From assembly GCA_965113315.1 (NCBI GenBank), contig OZ220364.1: DNA of 64,000 bases, one strand, 5' to 3'. This stretch comes from Podarcis vaucheri (Eukaryota). Shown one piece after another: positions 37,366-46,066 of the stretch; the first letter of the stretch is position 1, and every line of letters starts with the position of its first letter. Under the pieces are notes generated by a model, which saw nothing but the letters and a program-made list of their open reading frames with translations, searched no databases and was not told the origin of the DNA. A program made the translations under genes and the position numbers.

Positions 37366-40300
37366 TTAGTCGTTTAGTCGTGTCCGACTCTTCGTGACCC
37401 CATGGACCAGAGCACGCCAGGCACTTCTGTCCTCCACTGCCTCCCGCAGTTTGATCAAACTCATGCTAGTGGCTTCAAGAACACCATCCAACCATCTCAT
37501 TCTCTGTCGTCCCCTTCTCCTTGTGCCCTCCATCTTTCCCAACATCAGGGTCTTTTCCAGGGAGTCCTCTCTTCTCATGAGGTGGCCAAAGTATTGGAGC
37601 CTCAGCTTCACGATCTGTCCTTCCAGTGAGCACTCAGGGCTGATTTCCTTCAGAATGGAGAGGTTTGATCTTCTTGCAGTCCATGGGACTCTCAAGAGTC
37701 TCCTCCAGCACCATAATTCAAAAGCATCAATTCTTCGGCGATCAGCCTTCTTTATGGTCCAGCTCTCACTTCCATACATCACTACTGGGAAAACCATGGC
37801 TTTTACTATACGGACCTTTGTTGGCAAGGTGATGTCTCTGCTTTTTAAGATGTTGTCTAGGCTTGCCATCGCCTTTCTCCCAAGGAGCAGGCGTCTTTTA
37901 ATTTCGTGACTGCTGTCACCATCTGCACTGATCATGGAGCCCAAGAAAGTAAAATCTCTCACTGCCTCCATTTCTTCCCCATCTATTTGCCAGGAGGTGA
38001 TGGGCCCAGTGGCCATGATCTTCGTTTTTTTGATGTTGAGCTTCAGACCATATTTTGCGCTCTCCTCTTTCACCCTCATTAAAAGGTTCTTTAATTCCTC
38101 CTCACTTTCTGCCATCAAGGTTGTGTCATCTGCATATCTGAGGTTGTTGATATTTCTTCCGGCAATCTTAATTCCGGCTTGGGATTCATCCAGCCCAGCC
38201 TTTCGCATGATGAATTCTGCATATAAGTTAAATAAGCAGGGAGACAATATACAGCCTTGCCGTACTCCTTTCCCAATTTGGAACCAATCAGTTGTTCCAT
38301 ATCCAGTTCTAACTGTAGCTTCTTGTCCCACATAGAGATTTCGCAGGAGACAGATGAGGTGATCAGGCACTCCCATTTCTTTAAGAACTTGCCATAGTTT
38401 GCTGTGGTCAACACAGTCAAAGGCTTTTGCATAGTCAATGAAGCAGAAGTAGATGTCTTTCTGGAACTCTCTAGCTTTCTCCATAATCCAGCGCATGTTT
38501 GCAATTTGGTCTCTGGTTCCTCTGCCCCTTCTAAATCCAGCTTGCACTTCTGGGAGTTCTCGGTCCACATACTGCTTGAGCCTTCCTTGTAGAATTTTAA
38601 GCATAACCTTGCTAGCATGTGAAATGAGTGAAATTGTGCGGTAGTTGGAGCATTCTTTGGCACTGCCTTTCTTTGGGATTGGAATGTAGACTGATCTTCT
38701 CCAATCCTCTGGCCACTGCTGAGTTTTCCAAACTTGCTGGCATATTGAGTGTAGCACCTTAACAGCATCATCTTTTAAAATTTTAAACAGTTCAGCTGGA
38801 ATACCATCACTTCCACTGGCCTTGTTATTTGCAGTGCTTTCTAAGGCCCATTTGACTTCACTCTCCAGGATGTCTGGCTCAAGGTCAGCAACCACACTAC
38901 CTGGGGTGTACGAGACATCCATATCTTTCTGGTATAATTCCTCTGTGTATTCTTGCCACCTCTTCTTGATGTCTTCTGCTTCAGTTAGATCTTTACCACT
39001 TTTGTCCTTTATTATGGTAATCTTTGTACGAAATGTTCCTTTCATATTTCCGATTTTCTTGAACAGATCTCTGGTTCTTCCCATTCTGTTGCTTTCCTCT
39101 ATTTCTTTGCATTGCTCGTTTAAGAAGGCCTTCTTGTCTCTCCTTGCTGTTCTTTGGAAATCTGCATTCAATTTCCTGTATCTTTCACTATCTCCCTCGC
39201 ATTTTGCTTGCCTTCTCTCCCCCGCTATTTGTAAGGCCTCGTTGGACAGCCACTTTGCTTTCTTGCATTTCTTTTTCATTGGGATGGTTTTAGTTGCTGC
39301 CTCCTGTATAATGTTGCGAGCCTCCATCCATAGTTCTTCAGGCACTCTGTCCAGCAAATCTAAATCCTTAAACCTGTTCCTCACTTCCACTGTGTATTCA
39401 TAAGGGATTTGGTTTAGATTGTATCTTACCTGTCCAGTGGTTTTTCCTACTTTCTTCAGTTTAAGCTTGAATTTTGCTATAAGGAGCTGATGATCTGAGC
39501 CACAGTCAGCTCCAGGTCTTGTTTTTGCTGACTGTATAGAGCTTCTCCATCTTTGGCTGCAGAGAATATAATCAATCTGATTTCGATGTTGCCCATCTGG
39601 GGATGTCCATGTGTAGAGTCGTCTCTTGTGTTGTTGGAAAAGCGTGTTTGTGATGACCAGCTTGTTCTCTTGACAGAACTCTATTAGCCTTTGCCCTGCT
39701 TCGTTTTGATCTCCAAGGCCAAACTTGCCAGTTGTTCCTTTTATCTCTTGATTCCCTACTTTAGCATTCCAATCCCCTATAATGAGCAGAACATCCTTCT
39801 TTGGTGTCACTTCGATAAGGTTTTGTAAGTCTTCATAGAACTGGTCAATTTCAGTTTCTTCAGCACCAGTAGTTGGTGCATAAACTTGGATTACTGTGAT
39901 GTTAAAAGGTCTGCCTTGGATTCGTATCGAGATCATTCTATCATTTTTGAGACTGCATCCCAGTACAGCTTTCGCCACTCTTTTGTTGACTATGAGGGCC
40001 ACTCCATTTCTCTTACGGGTTTCTTGCCCACAGTAGTAGATATGGTAGTCATCCGAACTGAATTCGCCCATTCCCGTCCATTTTAGCTCACTGATGCCCA
40101 GGATGTCAATATTTATTCTTGCCATCTCATTTTTGACCACATCCAACTTACCCAGGTTCATGGTTCTTACATTCCAGGTTCCTATGCAATATTTTTCTTT
40201 ACAGCATTGGACTTTCCTTTCGCTTCCATGCATATCCACAACTGAGCGTCCTTTCGGCTTTGGCCCAGCCGCTTCATCAGCTCTGGATCTACTTGTACTT

Positions 40301-40467
40301 GTCCTCCGCTCTTCCCCAGTAGCATGTTGGACACCTTCCGACCTGAGGGGCTCATCTTCCAGTGTCATAACTTTTATATGCCTGTTGTCTTTGTCCATGG
40401 AGTTTTCTTGGCAGGGATACTGGAGTGGCTTGCCGATTCCTACTCCAGGTGGATCACGTTTGGTCAA
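37366..40467 (-). CDS. BovB ORF: AP endonuclease + reverse transcriptase (1033 codons from a TTG; first in-frame ATG at 40398)
   Basis: APE motifs IGTWNVRT, GISELKW, GDWNAKVG, NQIDYIL, GSDHQLL; RT motifs QAGFRRGR, FIDYAKAFD, GVRQGCILSP, LRYADD; BovB-type C-terminus WRALVHGVTKSRTRL; no stops or frameshifts. Confidence 0.95.
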   Translation of the reverse strand: MTKRDPPGVGIGKPLQYPCQENSMDKDNRHIKVMTLEDEPLRSEGVQHATGEERRTSTSRSRADEAAGPKPKGRSVVDMHGSERKVQCCKEKYCIGTWNVRTMNLGKLDVVKNEMARINIDILGISELKWTGMGEFSSDDYHIYYCGQETRKRNGVALIVNKRVAKAVLGCSLKNDRMISIRIQGRPFNITVIQVYAPTTGAEETEIDQFYEDLQNLIEVTPKKDVLLIIGDWNAKVGNQEIKGTTGKFGLGDQNEAGQRLIEFCQENKLVITNTLFQQHKRRLYTWTSPDGQHRNQIDYILCSQRWRSSIQSAKTRPGADCGSDHQLLIAKFKLKLKKVGKTTGQVRYNLNQIPYEYTVEVRNRFKDLDLLDRVPEELWMEARNIIQEAATKTIPMKKKCKKAKWLSNEALQIAGERRQAKCEGDSERYRKLNADFQRTARRDKKAFLNEQCKEIEESNRMGRTRDLFKKIGNMKGTFRTKITIIKDKSGKDLTEAEDIKKRWQEYTEELYQKDMDVSYTPGSVVADLEPDILESEVKWALESTANNKASGSDGIPAELFKILKDDAVKVLHSICQQVWKTQQWPEDWRRSVYIPIPKKGSAKECSNYRTISLISHASKVMLKILQGRLKQYVDRELPEVQAGFRRGRGTRDQIANMRWIMEKAREFQKDIYFCFIDYAKAFDCVDHSKLWQVLKEMGVPDHLICLLRNLYVGQEATVRTGYGTTDWFQIGKGVRQGCILSPCLFNLYAEFIMRKAGLDESQAGIKIAGRNINNLRYADDTTLMAESEEELKNLLMRVKEESAKYGLKLNIKKTKIMATGPITSWQIDGEEMEAVRDFTFLGSMISADGDSSHEIKRRLLLGRKAMASLDNILKSRDITLPTKVRIVKAMVFPVVMYGSESWTIKKADRRRIDAFELWCWRRLLRVPWTARRSNLSILKEISPECSLEGQIVKLRLQYFGHLMRREDSLEKTLMLGKMEGTRRRGRQRMRWLDGVLEATSMSLIKLREAVEDRSAWRALVHGVTKSRTRLND

Positions 40468-40570
40468 AACTCTCCACTATGACCTGTTCATCTTGGGTGC
40501 CCTGCTCGGCGTAGTTCATAGCTTCTCTGAGTTCTTCAAGCCCCTTCGCCACGGCAAGGCAGTGATCCAT
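40454..40570 (-). CDS. Short 38-aa upstream ORF of BovB overlapping the start of the main frame
   Basis: ATG at 40570 to TGA at 40454 reads MDHCLAVAKGLEELREAMNYAEQGTQDEQVIVESFDQT; the main frame is +1 relative to it. Translation is not demonstrated. Confidence 0.45.
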   Translation of the reverse strand: MDHCLAVAKGLEELREAMNYAEQGTQDEQVIVESFDQT

Positions 40571-40732
40571 GAAGGGGTCATTTTTGTATAGAACTCTTTA
40601 AAAAAATATATTCTTGGGCCATAATCCATAGATACACTGCTTATCATGTAGCTGTATTTCTGGATAGTCAACATTCCGAGAGGTTTCAGCACCTTCAGCC
40701 AAGGTTGGCAGTGTCCAAAACCATGACATGAA

Positions 40733-40823
40733 CAGTGCTATCCTGTGCAAATTTACTCAGAGATCAGTCCCACTGAATTAAATGAGACTTATTCCTAGGT
40801 ATGTGGGTATGGGATTGCAGCCT
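40733..40823. repeat. ~90-bp palindromic dispersed repeat (one representative)
   Basis: gtgctatcctgtgcaaatttactcagag...cccactgaattaaatgagactt...gggattgcagcc; relatives near 380, 950, 1910, 6415, 18100, 32510, 34085, 35670, 46345, 59490. Confidence 0.7.
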
Positions 40824-40879
40824 AAAATATCAGAAGACAACTTGATTAGCCCGAATAGCCAGAAACAGAACCATGAGGT

Positions 40880-41356
40880 GACTGGGGGGAGATAAGATAG
40901 CCATCTTCAAATATCTAAAGCAGGCTTCCTCAAACTCAGCCCTCCATATGTTTTTTGCCTACAACTCCCATGATCCCTAGCTAGCAGGACCAGTGGTCAG
41001 GGATGATGAGAATTGTAGTCTCAAGACATCTGGAGGGCCAAGTCTGAGGAAGCCTGATCTCAAGGACTGTCACATGGAAGATGGAACTAGCTTGTTTTCT
41101 CCTGTTCTGGCGGGTGGGATCTGAGCCAATGGAGTCAAGAAACAAAGGAAATTCCGACTAAACACCAGGAAGAATAGTGAGAGCTGTTTAACAGTGGAAC
41201 AGACTCCCTCAGAAGGTTGTGGACTCTCCTTCACTGGAGGCTTTTAAGCAGAGGTTGGATGACTATCTGTCATAGATGCTTTAGTTGAGATTCCTACATT
41301 GCGGGGGTTGGACTAGATGACCCTCGGGGTCTCTTCCATTTCTACATTTCTATGAT
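40880..41356 (+). mobile_element. CR1 LINE 3' fragment, interrupted by a hAT MITE
   Basis: gccatcttcaaatatctaaag...gaggcttttaagcagaggttggatg...ggactagatgaccc...ttctatga (CR1 tail repeat). Confidence 0.85.
40921..41056. mobile_element. ~136-bp palindromic hAT MITE (in CR1)
   Basis: TIR CAGGCTTCCTCA; TSD ATCTAAAG/ATCTCAAG. Confidence 0.9.
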
Positions 41357-41692
41357 AACAGAGAATGCTATGATTCAGCAGGAGATTTCTTTTCAGATAA
41401 ACTTTAACAATTACTAGAACTGGCTGCTCCCAGACTTTGGTACTGCTTTCCTACAGAAGTTCTCTGAGAGATCATTTCATGACAAGCATCACTGATTCAA
41501 TCTCATTTTTTGCCGTGACTCACCACATTTTCTCTCTTAACTGTAGGCCTGGTACCTTTCAAAACATGCTGCGTGTTCCATACTGAATTAGAACACAAAG
41601 TCTCTTGCAATTCTTGAGAGCTGAGGTGTAGTTCTCACCACTATTTCAAACTGCAGGTGGGGCTCTTACACATGCTCACACACAGTCCCATA

Positions 41693-41942
41693 CAGTCGTA
41701 CCTTGTAAGTCGAACGGAATCCGTTCCGGAAGTCCATTCGACTTCCAAAACATTCAGAAACCAAAGCACGGCTTCTGATTGGCTGCAGGAAGCTCCTGCA
41801 GCCAATCGGAAGCTGCGGAAGCCCCGTCAGATGTTCAGCTTCCAAAAATAGTTCGCAAACTGGAACAGTCACTTCCGAGTTTGTGGCGTTCAGGAGCCAA
41901 AACGTTTAAGAACTAAGTTGTTAGAAAACCAAGGTATAACTG
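41693..41942. mobile_element. Tigger-like MITE (third family)
   Basis: TA-CAGTCGTACCTTG...CAAGGTATAACTG-TA; internal palindrome gattggctgcagga..tcctgcagccaatc. Confidence 0.85.
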
Positions 41943-42089
41943 TATACACATAGATAGCTACATTGTGAGAAAGAAAGCTAAGCTAGAATGCTTCTATCTG
42001 AGGAAACTTTTTCTATGTGTGACGGCTTTTATTTCTAAATTAAAAAATTCCTTCCAGTAGCACCTTAAAGACCAACTAAGTTAGTTCTT

Positions 42090-42129
42090 GGTATGAGCTT
42101 TCGTGTGCATGCACACTTCTTCAGATACC
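42090..42129 (-). ncRNA. Minimal type I hammerhead ribozyme motif (fully paired copy)
   Basis: Reverse complement is GGUAUCUGAAGAAGUGUGCAUGCACACGAAAGCUCAUACC. Confidence 0.82.
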
Positions 42130-42149
42130 TGTGCATGCACACTTCTTCA

Positions 42150-42189
42150 GGTATCTGAAGAAATGTGCATGCACACGAAAGCTCATACC
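42150..42189 (+). ncRNA. Minimal type I hammerhead ribozyme motif
   Basis: GGUAU-CUGAAGA-A-(A/G)UGUGCAUGCACAC-GAA-AGCU-C-AUACC: 5-bp stem I, CUGANGA and GAAA cores, loopless palindromic stem III; predicted cut after C42184. Confidence 0.8.
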
Positions 42190-43564
42190 AAGAACTAACT
42201 TAGTTGGTCTTTAAGGTGCTACTGGAAGGAATTTTTTTATTTTGACTATGGCAGACCAACACGGCTACCTATCTGTGGCTTTTATTTCTGTACACAGAAG
42301 CATTCCTTCCTATGAGCCTCCACCTGCATTCTGAAGTGCTCCCCAGCTGGAGGCTTATCACCTTGTTGAGATCTAGCCCTGGGGGCAATTCAGGTGTTCT
42401 CCCTGAGAGCTTAAGCTTTGTGCAGTTTGATTCATTTTGTATTCTTGGAACTGTGAGGGTTCTGAATTCTGTTGAACCACATACATCGTTATGGTTAGGT
42501 CGTACCAGAGGCAAATGTTTGCCACAATGCATTGCAAACACTCACTTTGGTTTGTGGACACTTATAAATTACCTCAGATTGTCACAATACAGTGCCATAC
42601 TGTGAGGTTTTCTTCTAGATCACTACATCTATTTTTGGCACAGTAAAAAACCTTGACATTTGAATATCACTGGCTGAAAACACTGGCTTGCCCATATTCA
42701 GTATGCATCTTTCAGGTAAACAGTCATGTTCAGTCTTTGAAAAAAGGTTCTCTGGCTATCTGAACTAGAGACTTTTCCAGTTTGGAAATTCCCTGAGTCT
42801 TTCAGATACACCGCGAAACAGCGATTGCTCTCAAGCTTTTCTGTTTTGTTTTCTGTATTGTTGTCTGTCTGGGTCTTTCCACCACATAAGCATAATTAGC
42901 TCATGAGGATTCTCTGTCTGTGTTACAAGCTGCAAGTACAGACTAGGGGTGGAATCTGACTGGAGCCCCTGTGCCTACGGAGGCGTTTCTGATCTAGGGA
43001 ATCCCTCTATTAATAGGACGGGTAGGCAGTCCATTTTTGAAAATCTCCCCATGCAGCCTCTCACACCACCTTCCACCTAGTTCTGAAGACCCCCCCCCAA
43101 ACACTCTGGAGCTGATTTCGGAAGGGAACACTAATGGCTGTAGAAGGAAGAGGGAACTGTCTTCCCTCTGCTTCCATTAACAGAGGCATCCACTGAATAT
43201 AAAGTCCTTCTGTTAGCTCAAGGGCACCAACTCTTTTCACTATCTGCTCAAACTCTGCTGCCTGTCTTTTCCCTAGTCTGCTCCTGAGGTTCCTTGAGCC
43301 TCCCACACTCACCTTAATAGCTAACCTTGATACTTTCTAACCTTCTCTTTCTTCAGTTTCTGTGGACTGAGTTTCAACCATCACCTATATGTTGGACTAA
43401 GAGTTTCTCATTCTTAGAAGCATTGTGTTCATTTTATAATCCAGGCAAGGCTTACTCGTCTCACAGATCTGGCGAAGGCATATCTTTAGTTTGCTGTTCC
43501 TGGTCTGGCTGAAGTCATCAATACATCACAGCTTCCCAACAGTCAACAAGGTTGACTGGATACG

Positions 43565-43814
43565 CAGGGGTCAGCAAACTTTTTCAGCAGGGGGCCAGTC
43601 CGATGTCCCTCAGACCTTGTGGGGGGCCAGACTATATTTTGTGGGGGGAAATGAACCAATTCCTATGCCCCACAAATAACCCAGAGATGCATTTTAAATA
43701 AAAGCACACATTCTACTCATGTAAAAGCACACTGATTCCCGGACCATCCGCGGGCTGGATTTAGAAGGTGATTGGGCCAGATCCGACCCCCGAGCCTTAG
43801 TTTGCCTACCCATG
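43565..43814 (+). mobile_element. Non-autonomous hAT-Charlie element (~250 bp)
   Basis: caggggtcagcaaactttt...gtttgcctacccatg; homologous to the reverse complement of 52736-52986; TSD decayed. Confidence 0.82.
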
Positions 43815-43958
43815 GGCTAGAAGGTTGCTAGTCATGGTTGCTAATAGCATCCATGAAAGTAAACCATGATGTGGTGCTAGTACTGATATCATTTAGAATG
43901 TTAAATAGATTTTGCCATCCGGACCTGGGAGTATACAGTGCTTTCATAATAAAAAGTA

Positions 43959-44127
43959 CCGTATTTTTTGCACCATAACACTCACTTTTTTCCTCCTAAA
44001 AAGTAAGGGGAAATGTCTGTGCGTGTTATGGAGGGAATGCCTACGGGTGGCATGCCTACAGATTTTCCTCCTCTAAAAACTACGTGCGTGTTATGGTCGG
44101 GTGCGTGTTATAGAGCGAAAAATACGG
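43959..44127. mobile_element. 169-bp deletion derivative of the 58201-59001 family
   Basis: Both ends near-identical to 58201-59001; TA TSD. Confidence 0.9.
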
Positions 44128-44635
44128 TAATTTCATACAAGATTCCTAGACTTGGGATGTAGTTTGAGTCACTGCATGGCTTTATGGTTGACTCATTGCA
44201 CAGTTCCTGTATACTGTGCCACTGCAAAGCTTATTGTTGCATTACAGGAAATTGGATGAAGTGGCAAACTGGCTGTATGGGTTTGCAGTCATTAAAACCA
44301 TTTCACCAAATACCAAAATCTCCATGGACTCAATTAAACAGGAGCGGAAATCAAATTCTGAATGTTGAATTGAATTGCATTTTGAAAATGAAATTTTGCT
44401 TCAAATTTTTTTGGAAACCCTTCTCTCTCTTTTTCAGTAAAAAAAAAGGTCCAAGTCAATTTTAAATACACTTCAAAATTACAATGTTTTATAGTGTAAT
44501 CTTGAGTTCAATAAGACTTATTCCCAGGTTAGTGTGTGTAGGAATGCAGTCTTAAATTTGTTGGCATTTCTTCATTTGTTTTGACAGGCATCAGATATAG
44601 ACCATGACCTGGTAACTGTCAAATATCTTAACATG

Positions 44636-45010
44636 TTTGTTTGTTTGTTTGTTTGTTTGTTTGTTTGGAATGCATAGCTTTCTTTTCACTAGACATCTCA
44701 AAGCAGCTTCCATAAAGCACAAAACACATGATATAATAAAATTAAAATAATAGTTTAAAACATTAGAAAATAGAAACTTTTACAATAGCCTTGCTAGTGC
44801 AAAGCCCTCCTGAAATAAAACCATTTTAACCTGGCCTCTGAAATTTAGCCAGACTGTGCCTGCCTGCTTTCTAATGGCAGTGAGTTCTGTAGAACTGAGC
44901 CTCCTATACTGAAGACCCAACTCTTCATAGGCATGAGCTATGTGTCTGGTCTGTGGAAGGGGGAGCACTAATGGTACTTCCCCTGATGACCTCAGTGATC
45001 AGCTTGAGAC
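44636..45010 (-). mobile_element. Old L2-like 3' end with (AAAC)n tail
   Basis: (GTTT)n at 44636-44666 followed by degenerate L2-type 3' sequence. Confidence 0.45.
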
Positions 45011-45559
45011 ATCTAGGGAAATTGTATATAAATTGTCGATTTCTGTCAACTGACAACCACCAAACACTAAAATCAAATATAGTTAAATGTCAGATAATAT
45101 TGGAATTGTTGGTGAATATTTGAAGATGATCCTGTGAATGCTGAATATCAATACTGGTGGGAGCGGGGTAGTTGTTTACTTAATTTCACCCCTCCATTCA
45201 GTCCTCACCTTCAACCTGCCAATTTAGTCCTGTGAATTGGCTCTTGGCCCAAAGTGATTCAGTATCATGTATCATGTCATACTTTCTTTCTTCACTATTA
45301 ATTGTATGGCAGATATGTAAATTAAAAGATGTTAACATAACTTGTTGATGTGTGTGCTATATAATGATTTATTAGGCCTCACATCCTACACATTCTTGTA
45401 CAACGAGCGTCCTTCACTTCTGCTGCCTGACAGGCTTGTCTTTGACATCATGCTTGTTGACTGCCAGCCTACAATCCTAACTCATTTTAAAATCCCTGTT
45501 TCAGTGTAGCTGATACGGTCTCAGCGGGATTTCTACTGTATATCAAACGAAGTGTTAGT

Positions 45560-46066
45560 GGTATCTGAAGAACTATGCATGCACATGAAAGCTTATACCC
45601 AGAACAAACTTAAAAGGTAAAGGTTAAGGACCCCTGACAGTTAAGTCCAGTCGCAAACGACTCTGGGTTGCGGCGCTCATCTCGCTTTACTGACCGAGGG
45701 AGAGGACGTTTTGTCCGCAAACAGTTTTTCCGGCCTGCATGACTAAACTGCTTCTGGCGAAACCAGAGCAGTGCATGGAAATGCCATTTACCTTCCCTCC
45801 GGAGCGGTACCTATTTATCTACTTGCACTTTGACGTGCTTTTGAACTGCTACGTTGGCAGAAGCTGGGACCAAGGAACGGGAGCTCGCCCCATCTCAGGG
45901 ATTCAAACCGCCGACCTTCCGATCGGCAAGCCCTGGCTCAGTGGTTTAGACCACAGTGCCGCCCACGTGCCTTAGAACAAACCTAGTTGGTCTCTAAGGT
46001 GCTACTGGACAATTTTTTTTTTATTTCGACTGTGTCAGACCAACACAGCTACCTACCTGAATCTAG
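45560..46066 (+). mobile_element. Copy of the short hammerhead/Penelope-like family, split by a Sauria SINE
   Basis: ggtatctgaagaactatgcatgcacatgaaagcttatacc (45560-45599, degenerate stem II); resumes at 45974 with ...gttggtctctaaggtgctactgga...gaccaacacagctacctacctgaatctag. Confidence 0.78.
45613..45973 (-). mobile_element. Sauria SINE, full length, inserted in the hammerhead element
   Basis: aaaggtaaagg tail; reverse complement similar to 30134-30494; TSD AGAACAAAC(T/C)TA at 45601-45612 and 45974-45985. Confidence 0.9.

Larger units (their letters stand above)
37355..40576 (-). mobile_element. Full-length RTE-clade BovB LINE (~3.2 kb)
   Basis: Perfect 13-bp TSD GTCATTTTTGTAT at 37342-37354 and 40577-40589; 3' (CAA)n tail (reads gttgttgttgt on + at 37355); single long ORF; length typical of BovB. 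Confidence 0.96.
42037..42276. mobile_element. Short Penelope-like, ORF-less fold-back element carrying hammerhead ribozyme motifs on both strands
   Basis: Inverted arms ~42042-42129 and 42150-42237; 13-bp direct repeat GGCTTTTATTTCT at 42024-42036 and 42277-42289; same family at 18364/19612 and 45560. Confidence 0.8.

Noticed and set aside
37394-40591. Several + strand ORFs of 130-190 aa (37394, 37934, 38822, 40094)
   Set aside because: Antisense shadows of the BovB ORF.
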